The notes beneath the pieces were generated by a model. It did not search any database and was not told the DNA's origin. It saw nothing but the letters and a program-made list of their open reading frames with translations. A DNA stretch of 64,000 nucleotides from Octopus vulgaris (Eukaryota). Where the stretch lies: the NCBI GenBank assembly GCA_951406725.2, contig OX597827.1, forward strand, positions 6,634,001 to 6,698,000, written 5' to 3'. Below are positions 39,507-51,876 of the stretch, in pieces. The number at the start of each line of letters is the position of its first letter. Positions within the stretch are counted from its first letter, which is position 1. The position numbers and the translations under genes were made by a program.

Positions 39507-40159
39507 TGGCAAAAGAGACCAATAGAATAAGTACTAGGCTTACAAAGAATAAATCCTGGAGTCAATTTGCTTGACTAAAAGCAGTGCTCCAACATGGCCA
39601 CAGTCAAATTACTGAAATAAATAAAGGAATAAAAGAATATATGTATATATATGCCAACAGGCTTCTTTCAGTTTCTGCCAAAAAAATCCCACTCAAAGGT
39701 TTTGGCTGGCCTGATTATCCATATATAAATCAAATCAACTGTTTTAGTCTCTTTTGAAGTCAAATTATTATTTAAATAGAACTAATATAATATTCATGAT
39801 GATTTCAACAACATAATGAAAGGGTTATGGTACCATATGGACAAACTTTTGGATGTCTGAAATTCAGGAATTGGAAATACCCTTGATTTGCAGGAATAAA
39901 AAATCCAGATCTGTAAAAATATATTTTTAAAAAATCTCTAAAGTCTGTTGTAACTGCATACACATGTAAAAAACAGATACACTTACTCAAAATGATATAC
40001 TCATTTGTAATTTTTATACAGTTGTATTTATGTAACTTTATTATTCATATACACACATATATATATGTGTAAAGTTAGATTAAAATCAGTCTCAAGCCTA
40101 AGTTCATCAGACTGGAGCTTACAGCAATTTATGTAGCATTTCAGTCCCTCTTGATGCCA

Positions 40160-40624
40160 ACACACCTTGAGACTGCCCTTAGTTCTACGATACAAACTTC
40201 CCGTTATAAATTACTTAAATTCAAACCTTCCATCACAGTTTCGTGTTAATCTATGCCCAAAACACTAGTGTAATAATGACAAAGTTATTTTACTGACTGC
40301 TACATTGTCATCAAAATTGAGAGAAAGTATTTCTTTACTACCCACAGGGGGCTAAACACAGAGGGGACAAACAAGGACAGACAAACGGATTAAGTCGATT
40401 ACATCAACCCCAGTGCGTATCTGGTACTTAATTTATCGACCCCGAAAGGATGAAAGGCAAAGTCGACCTCGGCGGAATTTGAACCTAGAACGTAACGGCA
40501 GACGAAATACGGCTACGCATTTCGCCCGGCGTGCTAACGTTTCTGCCAGCTCGCCGCCTTAGTGAATGACATTGATTGGAAAGGCAGTATATTTTAACAG
40601 AATTATGGTAAAAAAAAAGGGTTA
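40160..40624. mobile_element. Degenerate piggyBac-type MITE related to 11010-11229, interrupted by a C SINE
   Basis: aaaccttccatcac...aagttattttact... and terminal atggtaaaaaaaaagggTTAA match the reversed MITE. Confidence 0.55.
40328..40559 (-). mobile_element. Family C SINE, full length
   Basis: Reverse complement of 24306-24536. Confidence 0.92.
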
Positions 40625-41218
40625 AGAATATAAGACCTGCCTTGAACAGGACATTACTCTGTTGCAATTAATCTCTCCCACCCCTGCTATTACTGGTAAG
40701 CATTTTCAGTTGAGTATATAGGAAGGGCTTTTGCACAGTTTTTGTTTGCCAAATTTCACTCTGAATATATTTTAAACTCAAGGCTCTGATAGTAAGTACC
40801 AGTACAGGGTGTTGCACAATGGCATCAAACTTGGGACCCTGTGCAAAGAGAACTTCTTAACTACAAAGATGTAATCACAAAACAACAATGTCATGGCAAA
40901 GAGGGTAAAGTACCAGAGTCTTTTTGTATTTAATCATAGTTATGTGTCATAGAAGCTTCCTGTGGAACCACATGATTTCAGATTCAATTCTACTATGTAG
41001 CACCTTGGGCAAGTGTCTCTTACTACAGCCCTGAGCTGACTAATACCTTATGAGTGAAATTAGTAGTTGGAAACTGTGTGGAAGCCTGTTATGCATGTGT
41101 TTGTGTGTGTGCATATCCATATATGTATATTCATATATCTATACATCTCTCTCTCCCTCTCTCTCTCTTTCGATATATGTATATATAGAGGGACAGATAA
41201 ATAGATAGACAGATAGAT

Positions 41219-41267
<49 letters not shown>

Positions 41268-41783
41268 TACACTCACACACACACACACACAAATTTACAT
41301 GATATTTATTCACTTATTTATTCACAAGGTGTATATATCTGCTAAAACATCGTGTAAGAATACTGATGAATGTTTAATATTATCATGAGATTACTGTTGA
41401 TTAAAACGCCAAAATGAAGTACATCTAGTGATATTATTAATACGATTGACTCATAAAAATCATTTTCCACAATCTCCTATGCCAAAAAAAAAAAAAAATC
41501 ATTGAAAAGAATATAAATCGTATCATCTAAATCAAGTTATGGTAAAGTGATAAGAGCTTCTTGTAGTGTGGGTCAATGGGTAATGTTGACAAGTCTTCAT
41601 CTAATAGTTTAAAGGAGACACAAAAGATGAATTGCTTTCTTTTCTTATGATGCAGCTGCTGCTGGAGGCTGAATTAACTCTACATTATTCTCAACATCAT
41701 ACGTTTTGTTCGGTGTAACTGATTCAGTAAATTTTATTTAGAAAACTTTTCTTTTTAAAAAGCTTTAGAGAAGAACAACTGCA

Positions 41784-42170
41784 TTCAAAAGTTGAGGGGG
41801 TTTTCATATGAATGAAGAAGGGTCCAGTAGTTTTCACGGGATTTTTTTAATGTGTGATGTAGTTTTATTTACAAAAGATATTAGAAGTAAAGTTTTATGA
41901 AAGGAGCTATTAGAACTTTCAAAAGTTGAGGGTTTTATGTGAATAATGAAGAGATCGGTTAGTTTCCACGGGATTTCTTAAAGTGCGATGTAGTTATATT
42001 AACAAGAGTCTAGATAAGTAAACTTTTATGAAAGGAGCTGTTAGAAATTTCAAAAGATGAGGTTTCAATATGTATAATGCTGAGCCTAGTAGTTTTTATA
42101 GGACTTCTAAATGTATGATGTAATCTTATTCACAAAAGTTTTGATAAGTAAACTCTTTTATGAAAGAAGC
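41784..42170. repeat. Diverged tandem repeat, ~3 x 131-134 bp
   Basis: ttcaaaag.tgag at 41784, 41918, 42049; each unit has agttt..acggg/gga, gatgta, aagtaaa..ttttatgaaag. Confidence 0.8.
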
Positions 42171-43379
42171 AAGGTGGCATAAGTTCACAAACATTTGCAA
42201 TAAATTTTAAACAATGTTTCTATGGTAATTCTCTGTTGAAACTGATTGAATTTTGCTTGTACTTGACTAGTGCAAATGACAATTAAAGAAATAAGAAGGT
42301 AATGTTAATTAATGAATCAGCTTTGAATAAATATGAAAAAGATAATGAGATTATGTCTTTCTTATATCTCTAGTTACTTTTTAAAAGATTTATTTATCTG
42401 TGATATACATGAAAATATACATGCAAATATGTAATTATATACATTCATTCATGAATACATGTTTATTCATGTACTTGTTCATGGGATTACTTATATCTTG
42501 AAATATATATATATACATCTTCAAATAATACACACATTAAATTCATGTATATGTAGATGTTTGTGTATGTATTGGTGTAGGTGTATTTTTTTGTATGTAT
42601 ATTTAAAAGTTGTAATTTTTATTTCTATGCTTTCATTAAATATATACTTTGATATGTTTTTCTCTCTTAATCTGTCATAAGTATTTTAAGCATCTACATC
42701 TATATCTTATCAAAGTAAAATCCAAGAAGCCATTGCTCTAATCACATATAAGAACTTAGACAAATATTAAAAAATAAAGATGCTTAAATTTGCTCTAAAT
42801 TGTTGATAGCAAGGCTACCATACAAATGATCTGATGCTGGAGAGGTAATGGGAAGGTGACAGCACCACAGTTATCTTTCATCAAACCTTTTCAATTTTAT
42901 CAGTATTAGATTAGAGCATATGAAAAGCTAACAAGCTGTTCATATACTTACCATAATTAAACAGGAATTTTTGTAAATCTCAATAAGCTTATATGAACCA
43001 AGGATGTCAAGATTATGTTGTACCTCAATACACGTAATTAGATATTTGAAAATATAAAAATATAGAATTTCATAGTTCATTTGAATTCTATAAGTTCAAG
43101 TCCTTCTTAATTTCAACTGCTAATATTTTTATATCATTTCTTTTTTCTGTTACATTATATAATGTAACATAGCATACCATCGTTATAACGACAGTGCAAT
43201 GCAATGTAAAGAAAATTCCTCTGCTCTTCCTTACAGGTTAGGTTGAACAACTACATTAGTCTCTGAGTCTTTCTTGGATCATTAAAATAACTTCAAATAA
43301 CAAAATCACCTTTTTACCACAAACACAGAATTCATGATTATTTTCTGTAAAGTCTAACATCAATTTCAAAGAAAGAAAT

Positions 43380-43606
43380 CTATTTCTTTACTGCCCACAA
43401 GGGGCTAAACATAGAGGGGACAAACAAGGACAGACAAACGGATTAAGTTGATTATATCGACCCCAGTGCGTAACTGGTACTTATTTAATCGACCCTGAAA
43501 GGATGAAAGGCAAAGTCGACCTCGGCGGAATTTGAACTCAGAACATAACGACAGACGAAATACCACTAAGCATTTTGCTCAGCGTGCTAACGTTTCTGCC
43601 AGCTCA
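43380..43606 (-). mobile_element. Family C SINE
   Basis: Reverse complement of C unit. Confidence 0.9.
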
Positions 43607-43809
43607 AGCCAATAAACATGCTAGAAATACCAGTCAAATTTACTTCAAAACATGTCCTCCCACCTCTGAAAGATAACAGATTAAGTCATGGAATTCATGA
43701 TGCGTTGTATCAGGGAATGTGTTATGGTTTGAACGTCCTTGATTAATTGTTCATATGAGGAGAGTTAACCTGGGAATAATTAACAATGATAATGATTTCA
43801 AAAATTGGC

Positions 43810-44252
43810 TCATGGCCAGAAATTCTAAAGGAAAGGGTTAAGTCGATTACTTTGACCCCAGCGCTCACTTGGTACTTATTTTAAAGGCGGCGAGCTGGCA
43901 GAAACGTTAGCACGCCGGGCGAAATGCTTAGCGGTATTTCGTCTGCACTACGTTGTGAGTTCAAATTCACTGCCAGATCTGACTGGCCTGGTGCATCCTT
44001 TCGGGGTCGATAAATTAAGTACCAGTTATGCACTGGGGTCGATGTAATCTACTGATAATATCTATGTCTGTCCTTGTTTGTCCGCTCTGTGTTTAGCCCC
44101 TTGTGGGTAATAAAGAAATAGGTACTTATTTTATTGACCCCTAAGAAGATGAAAGATAAACATTGGTGGAATTTGAACTCAGAATGTAAAGATGAACAAA
44201 ATGCTGCCAAGCATTTTGCCTGGTGTGCTAACAATTCTGCCAGCTCGCTACC
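43810..44252 (-). mobile_element. Older family C SINE hosting a nested younger C copy
   Basis: taagtcgattac...ggtacttatttta | insertion | ggtacttattttattgacccc...aattctgccagctcgc. Confidence 0.8.
43886..44120 (+). mobile_element. Family C SINE with 13-bp TSD and a family-D-derived internal patch
   Basis: TSD ggtacttatttta at 43871-43883 and 44121-44133. Confidence 0.88.
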
Positions 44253-44524
44253 TTTATAATTCACAATAATAATAAGGGGAGTTTAGGGAGCAGTTTGATA
44301 TCACAGTAACAGTAATAATAAGGAAGCATTATACAACGTTTTGATATTAGTGTAACACTGATAACAAACTAATTTTATACATAACAGTTTGATATTAATG
44401 TAACTGTAGTAACAAAGATAGTTTATATCATTGCCAACATATTTTTTCCTTGTATCACCTGTTTATCAAAGTCAAATTGATAATTAATGTTGATTTTTTC
44501 CTTTTGTTTCTTTCTTTTCTTTTT

Positions 44525-44692
44525 CTTTTTCTTGTTTCAGTCATTTGACTGCGGCCATGCTGGACACCGCCTTTAGTCGAGCAAATCGACCCCAGGACTT
44601 ATTCTATCGATCTCTTTTGCCGAACCGCTAAGTGACGGGGACGTAAACACACCAGCATCGGTTGCCAAGCAATGCTAGGGGGACAAAAACAG

Positions 44693-44754
<62 letters not shown>

Positions 44755-44917
44755 GACAGGCTTCTTTCAGTTTCCGTCTACCAAATCTACTCACAAGGCA
44801 TTGGTCGGCCCGGGGCTATAGCAGAAGACACTTGCCCAAGATGCCACGCAGTGGGACTGAACCCAGAACCATGTGGTTGGTTAGCAAGCTACTTACCACA
44901 CAGCCACTCCTGTGCCT
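44525..44917 (-). mobile_element. Family A SINE
   Basis: Reverse complement of A unit with small internal deletion. Confidence 0.9.
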
Positions 44918-45062
44918 ATCTCTTTGCTTTTCAAGGTGGTTCCCCGACATGGCTGCAATCCAATGACTGACACAAAAGATATACAGATATAGATGTATAA
45001 CAGTTTGATATCATTATATTTCGAGATGGTAATTTTTTTGTTTTGTTTTTGTTTTCTTATTG

Positions 45063-45098
45063 CCCTAACCCTAACCCGAACCCTAACCCGAACCCTAA
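45063..45098 (-). repeat. Short interstitial telomere-like (TTAGGG/TTCGGG)n
   Basis: ccctaaccctaacccgaaccctaacccgaaccctaa. Confidence 0.8.
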
Positions 45099-45384
45099 TC
45101 CAAATGAACATATGCATTATAGATTCATTCTTCACTTTGATATCAATTTAACTGTAATAAAAAGGAGAGCTTATATAGCAAGTAGTCAAATATCTAATCA
45201 ACTGGACTATGAGGCTCATTGAATTAGAATGTAAATGGTTGAGTATTCCACAGACTTGTGTAGCCTTTATGTAATTCTGAGGTGGAATTAGTGTGATTTT
45301 GTGTGGACCTTCACATTACAGGCACAAGCCATTTGATATGCTTCCATAAAGTTTTCTTCTACCCAGTTTCAACCACTATTAATT

Positions 45385-45975
45385 TATTGCCCACAAGGGG
45401 CTAAACATAGAGGGGACAAACAAGGACAGATAAAGGGTTTAAGTTGACTACATCGACCCCAGTTCGTAACTGGTACTTAATTTATCGACCCCAAAAGGAT
45501 GAAAGGCAAAGTCGACCTCGGCGGAATTTGAACTCAGAATGTAACGGCAGACAAAATATCTATTTCTTTACTACCCTCGAGGGGCTAAACACAGAGAGGA
45601 CAAACAAGGACAGACAAACGGATTAAGTCGATTTTATCGACCCCAGTGCATAACTGGTACTTAATTTATCAACCCCGAAAGGCTGAAAAGCAAAGTCGAC
45701 CTCGGCGGAATTTGAATTCAGAATGTAACGGCAGACAAAATATCTATTTCTTTACTACCCTCGAGGGGCTAAACACAGAGAGGACAAACAAGGACAGACA
45801 AACGGATTAAATCGATCATATCGACCCCAGTGCGTAACTGGCACTTATTTATTCGACCCCAAAAGGATGAAAGGCAAAGTCGACCTCGGCGGAATTTGAA
45901 CTCAGAACGTAAAGGCAGACGAAATACCGCTAAGCATTTTGCCCGGCATGCTAACGTGTCTGCCATCTCGCCGCT
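45385..45975 (-). mobile_element. Head-to-tail trimer of family C SINE (184-bp period)
   Basis: Identical junction gtaacggcagacaaaatatctatttctttactaccctcgagggg at 45541 and 45725; only the last unit has the tRNA head. Confidence 0.9.
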
Positions 45976-47221
45976 GGTATTAGGCAACCCAGGCTGTAGG
46001 TTATAAGACTTTCCCAACATGCCATACTACAGAACTGAAACAAGAAACTTATGATTGAAGAATGAACTTCTTAACTATTGAGCCATACTGAACTTGCAGG
46101 TATATCATCCATACTGTATTGCCCACAAGGGGCTAAACATAGAGGGGACAAACAAGGACAGATAAAGGGATTAAGTCGATTACATCGACCCCAGTGCGTA
46201 ACTGGTACTGCTTACATGCACACACACATGCACACATGCATGCATGCATATGTAATATATATGCAAAACACATACAGACATATATACAGAACAAACCAAA
46301 TTAATCCAGGTTCTTCAAATACAATCAATCAGTGGGACAGTTAAAAGTTATAAAATGTTCCAGAGACTCTCTGTGAGAGTTTCCCATGCTGAAACTATGA
46401 AAAACATGTCAAATGCTCCAGAGACTTCTCTTCCCCCCCCTACTGTGAATTTCATGGGTCAGACATATACATACACATAACCACATATACATACTAAATG
46501 CATGAACATACACACACATAAGAGCGAAGCACAAACACTTGTAGACTAAAGAGCAAAAAGCGTGAAGTACAGACACTTATACGCTGAAATGAAATGAATC
46601 TACCTCACAAAAAACAAGTTACCATGAATACAAACATGCTTATATACACACATCAACCAATTCAGACGACCACAAACCTCAAACATCTGTCTTAAGTGAA
46701 GCAGAAGAACCTTGCCACTCGGTTAGAGACCAGCTTGAATTCTCTGAAGAGAAAATCTTTAATATATCCTAAAGAAAACAGGTTACATACATTCATACGT
46801 ACATATGGCATCGAATACAGACACATTGACTTAGGGGATTATTCATTCCCACAGATAATGAGTACTATCCCCTATGAATTTTGCCATTAATAAAAGCTTG
46901 AATAAAAAAAAAATAAAAGAAACTGATTGCCTTCCTTAGATAAATAAAAAAAAACAACTTTTTATTAAAAAGACTTTAGCAACACTCAAGCGGCAAAATT
47001 AAATTAATAAATCCTACTTACAAAAAACTACTACTGCATTTATGATGGAGACAAAAAACCTGGAGTTAGCTATCAGAAATCACAGAACTATCAGGAGAAA
47101 TTTCAATGTACTTTCATGCTGAAGTTTGCCCCATACTGGTTCCATAGAAAGGATAAGTAAGATCTCTTGATAGACTACATGAAGAGACTAAAAGAATATT
47201 GAAATAAAAATTACTCAAAAT

Positions 47222-47369
47222 TGTGTGGTAAGTAGCTTGCTAACCAACCACATGGTTCCGGGTTCAGTTCCACTGCATGGCACCTTGGGCAAGTGTCTTC
47301 TACCATAGCCTCGGGACGACCAAAGCCTTGTGAGTGGATTTGGTAGACGGAAACTGAAAGAAGCCCGTC

Positions 47370-47424
<55 letters not shown>

Positions 47425-47650
47425 CGTGTGTGTGTTTGTGTGTCTGTGTTTGTCCCCCTAGCATTGCTTGACAACCGATGCTGGTGTGTTTACGTCCCTG
47501 TTACTTAGCGGTTCGGCACAAGAGACCGATAGAATAAGTACTGGGCTTCCAAAGAATAAGTCCTGGGGTCGAGTTGCTCGATTAAAGGCGGTGCTCCAGC
47601 ATGGCCACAGTCAAATGACTGAAACAAGTAAAAGAGTAAAAGAGTAAAAA
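47222..47650 (+). mobile_element. Family A SINE
   Basis: Matches A unit, first ~12 bp missing. Confidence 0.9.
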
Positions 47651-47969
47651 GATAAAAGCACACATATACAATGAACTTCTGCATAGTATTTTCTGAGACT
47701 ATAATAAGACTTACTTGCCTTGCTCAAAGTATTTATCAATATCATGAGAGTGAACACAAAACCAAGTGGTTGCTTGCAAGAAGTGAATGTTTTAAATACA
47801 CAGCCATATATTGGCTCACCCTGAATAATGAAAAGTGTGTTTGTATATTTGCTGACTTAACATCAACGTTACAGTACAAAGTTACACTGTTACACTGTCT
47901 TACACATCAACGTTACATATAACAAATAGACCTTAATAGTCCATTTAAAAACTAAGTTTAAATATTCCA

Positions 47970-49245
47970 CGTGCTATGGGTTCTTTCCTACTGCATGGCA
48001 CTTTCGGCATATCTTCTACTATAGCCTCAAGCTACCTAATGCCTTGTGAATTAATTTGGTTGACAGAAACGGCATAGAAATGTGTCTTACACATGCACAC
48101 ACAAATACACACACACACACACAGTGTATAAATATGTCTTACATGTGTGCATGCATGCACACACACATACACACACACATACACACTCACACACACACAT
48201 AGATGGATGTGTGTTTTGCATTTGTCCCCTACTAGTGCTGGACAACCAGTGCTGGTTTGTTTACACCCCTCTAACTTAATGGTTCACCAAAAGAGATAGA
48301 ATAAGTACCAGACTTTAAAATAGAATAAGTACTGGAGTTGGTTTGTTTCACTAAGCCTTTCAAGGCAGGGCCCCAGCATGGCCACAGTCCAATGAATGAT
48401 ACAACAAAAAGATAAAAGGTATGTAAATATAGCTGTGGTTGTGTCATAAGAAACTTGCTTCCCAACCACATGATTCCAGGTTCAGTCCCACTGAGTGGCA
48501 CCTTGAGCAAGTGTCTTCAACTATTGCTATATACTATAGAGTGACCAAAGCCTTGTGAGTGGATTTGGTAGATGGAAACTGAAAGAAGCCCATCATGTAT
48601 CTGTGTATGTGTATGTGTTTGTCCTTCACCACTGCTTGGCAACTGGTGTTGGTGTGTTTACATCCTCATAACTTACCAGTTTCGCAAAAGAGATTGATAC
48701 AGTAAGTAACAGGCTTTAAAAAAAATGTACTGGGGGTCGACTAAAATTTTTTCAAGATGATGATGCCCCAGTATGGCAGTAGTATGATGACAGAAACAAA
48801 TAAAAGGAAAGCAAAAATAAAAGGTAAGTAAATATAAAGGCACAGAAGTAAGCTGTGTGATAAGTAGCTTGCTTACCAGCCACATGGTTCTAGGTTCAGT
48901 CCCACTGCGTGGCACCTTGGACAAGTGTCTTCTACTATAGCCTTGGGCCAACCAAAGCCTTATGTGTGGATTTGGTAGATGGAAACTGAAAGAAGCCCGT
49001 CGAATATATGTATGTATATATATATATATGTGTGTGTGCATGTTTGTGTGTCTGTGTTTGTCCTCCTAACATTGCTTGACAACCGATACTGATGTGTTTA
49101 TGTCCCTGTCACTTAGCGGTTTGGCAAAAGAGACCGATAGAATAAGTACTGGGTTTACAAAGAATAAGTGCTGGGGTCGATTTGCTTGACTAAAGGCGGT
49201 GCTCCAGCATGGCCGCAGTCAAATGCCTGAAACAATTAAAAGAGT
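47970..49245 (+). mobile_element. Three consecutive family A SINEs of different divergence (~47970-48420, 48430-48830, 48838-49245)
   Basis: Three head-to-tail repeats of head/central/tail motifs. Confidence 0.8.
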
Positions 49246-49699
49246 ATAATGGTCTTAAAGGAATGAGCTTTAATATGTGCTTCTTCAATTTGAACTGACC
49301 TGGGCTAAACGACAATGAACAACAATAAGAACAACAACAGAATAGGTCTGTTGTCGTTAAAGTAGACTATCCAGCTGCAAAATTACCAATCTACTAGTGC
49401 ACCCACTGCTACATGTAATGTTACCCTAAAGCAGCTGGTTTAGTCAGAGATAAGGTCACTGATATTATTCAGGCAAATTAAATAGAAACAATAAAATGAT
49501 GTATGGAAACGAGCTGAACAATTGCTTCTCTCTTCAGAATCAGTGAGTTTTTTTTTTTTTTTGTTATTCTAATGGAGGTGGGTGTTATGATTTTTCCCCC
49601 TATTTTATTTATATATTTTGTTACACAAGGATGCATGAGTCAGTTTCTGTTGTAAAATTTGTATATAATTTTTCAAATAAAAGAAGTTAAAAAAATTGT

Positions 49700-50010
49700 A
49701 AACATGGTTGGGGATATCAAATTGATTATGGTTTCAAGTTCAGTTCCACTGTGTGGCCCCTTGTCTATTATAGCCCTGGGTTGACCAATGCCATGTGAGT
49801 GAATAGTATGTATAGTATGTATAGTATGTATGTGTGTGTGTTTTTGTGTTTATTCCACCACTACTTGACAACCAGTGTTTGTTTGTTTGTTTACATCCCC
49901 ATAACTTAGTGGTTCGGCAAAAGTTTCCAATAAAATAAGTACTGAAATACTGGGATTGATTTGTTTTGCTTCACATTTCAAAGTGGTGCTCTGCATGAAA
50001 CAAGTAAAAA
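49700..50010 (+). mobile_element. Degenerate family A SINE
   Basis: agttcagttccactgtgtggc...tgacaaccagtg...ggttcggcaaaag...gaaacaagtaaaa. Confidence 0.65.
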
Positions 50011-50131
50011 ATTTTAAAAAATAAATAAAAGATAAACAAATGATAAAATATACTTATTTCAGACCAAAACTGAAGAGTAATGTTTGAAACAAAAAATTAC
50101 AGCATTGGAACCAGATATATTATAAGGTATT

Positions 50132-50499
50132 GTGGAGGCGCAATGACCCAGTGGTCGTAGGATCGCGGTTTCAATTCCCAGACTGGATGTTGTGAGTGTT
50201 TATTGAGCGAAAAACACCTAAAAGCTCCACGAGGCTCTGGCAGGGATGGTGGTGATCCCTGCTGTACTCTTTCACCACAACTTTCTCTCACTCTTACTTC
50301 CTGTTTCTGTTGTACCTGTATTTCAAAGGGCCGGCCTTGTCACTCTCTGTGTCACGCTGAATATCCCCGAGAACTACGTTAAGGGTACACGTGTCTGTGG
50401 AGTGCTCAGCCACTTACACGTTAATTTCATGAGCAGGCTGTTCCGTTGATCGGATCAACCGGAACCCTCGTCGTCGTAACCGACGGAGTGCTTCCATCC
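50132..50499 (+). mobile_element. Family B SINE (body X, tail B1) with TSD attataaggtatt
   Basis: TSD at 50119-50131 and 50500-50512. Confidence 0.92.
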
Positions 50500-50637
50500 A
50501 TTATAAGGTATTATACAATTCTCTCAAGCTTAAAATGAAACACAATCATAGGATGTGATATTCTTCAATAAGTTCCAAGTAATTTTCAAAGTCAAAAATG
50601 AATATATCGAAATGGAAATGAAAATGGCATTAATATA

Positions 50638-51198
50638 ATTAGGTTTTCTGGAAAGTTCTGAGCGTTTTAAAAATAAATTTTTTAATGAACACACCTTACA
50701 TTGAACACACCTGAAGTGTAACACAGTTAAAGCTTTGGCATTGCTTGAAGTGATAGTGCATCTCTTCTTTGTTCCTGACTGAAAATAGATTTGTCTTTCA
50801 TTCCAGTTACCCTTTATTGACATTTGAAATGGATAACCAAAAATTTCATATTTGTGTTGTGATGCTTTTCTTTTTTTAAAAAAGGAGAAAATGCTGCAAA
50901 AACTTGCAAAAACATTTGTGAAATTTATGGTGATGATGATACAGGTGAATCAATTGTTCAAAGGAGATTTGCAAAATTTAAAACTGGAGAGCTTAGCTTG
51001 GAAGATGACAATTGCAGTAGAAGACCTTTCAAATTGGATGAAGATGTTTTGAAGGCAAAAATTGAAGAAAACTCAACTAGAGAACATGCAGAGAAGTTGG
51101 AAGTTTCTAGAAGTACGGTTCATGAACACCTAGTGAAGCTAGGATACATTTCTCACTGTAAGGTATGGGTCCCTCACAAACTCTCAGAAAAGAATTAC
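50638..51198 (+). pseudogene. Mariner element 5' half (TIR region plus N-terminal HTH of transposase), truncated
   Basis: ATG 50829; frames give FKKGENAAKTCKNICEIYGDD...RFAKFKTG..SLEDD..SRRP...STVHEHL..LG...WVPHKL (mariner WVPHEL motif). Confidence 0.88.
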
Positions 51199-51876
51199 AC
51201 ACTCTATTAACGGTGAAACAATTGTATAGGGTTAATCTATTTTTTCGTTATTTTTCATTTGTCCTGCTCGCTTACAATCTTAGCGCGTTGAACTAATTCT
51301 TGAGAACAATTCTTTAGTGGTGGATTCCCTTCGTGGATCTATATCTAGTGTTAGAGTGGCCACATGTGGACTCTCTCATTACTTGTATTAATAATTTTTA
51401 CTGTATCCCAGTTTTTATACGCTAGGCCACTTGGTGTTTTATATTGATGCTATTAATTAATATTCAATTTTTTTCACCCTTATTGTGATTTTAATTATAA
51501 ATTAATATGTTCTCAAACTGGCAGTAAATTACTTGGGTAGTATTTACATCCAGGTTTAGCATACGAGAATGAGGATATTTGAACGTAACTGCAGATATAA
51601 TCGGCTGTGCCATTCACCTCTATTCGGCTTCGTGTGGATGTTGGCATTCGACTCAGCAAATTATATTTTTTTGATATACTTTACTGAAGATCCGAAAATG
51701 ATTGTGTAAGTAAAATTACACAATCTATTAACGGTGAAACAATTGTATAGAGTTAATCTATTTTTTCATTATTTTTCATTTGTCCTGCACGCTTACATCC
51801 TTGGCGCGTTGAACTAATTCTTGAGAACAATTCTTTAGTGGTGGATTCCCTTCATGGATCTATATCTAGCATTAGA
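51199..51876 (+). mobile_element. Non-coding ~521-bp-period direct-repeat element with hammerhead ribozyme (retrozyme/PLE pseudo-LTR-like)
   Basis: ~155-bp direct repeats 51199-51355 and 51719-51876; ribozyme spans the start of the second repeat. Confidence 0.75.
51673..51758 (+). ncRNA. Type I hammerhead ribozyme candidate
   Basis: Stem I acttta(51678-83)/tagagt(51748-53); CTGAAGA 51684-90; stem II ccg/cgg enclosing a 10-bp hairpin gattgtgtaa/ttacacaatc; GAAA 51736-39; palindromic stem III caattg; GUA cleavage triplet ending 51747. Confidence 0.75.
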
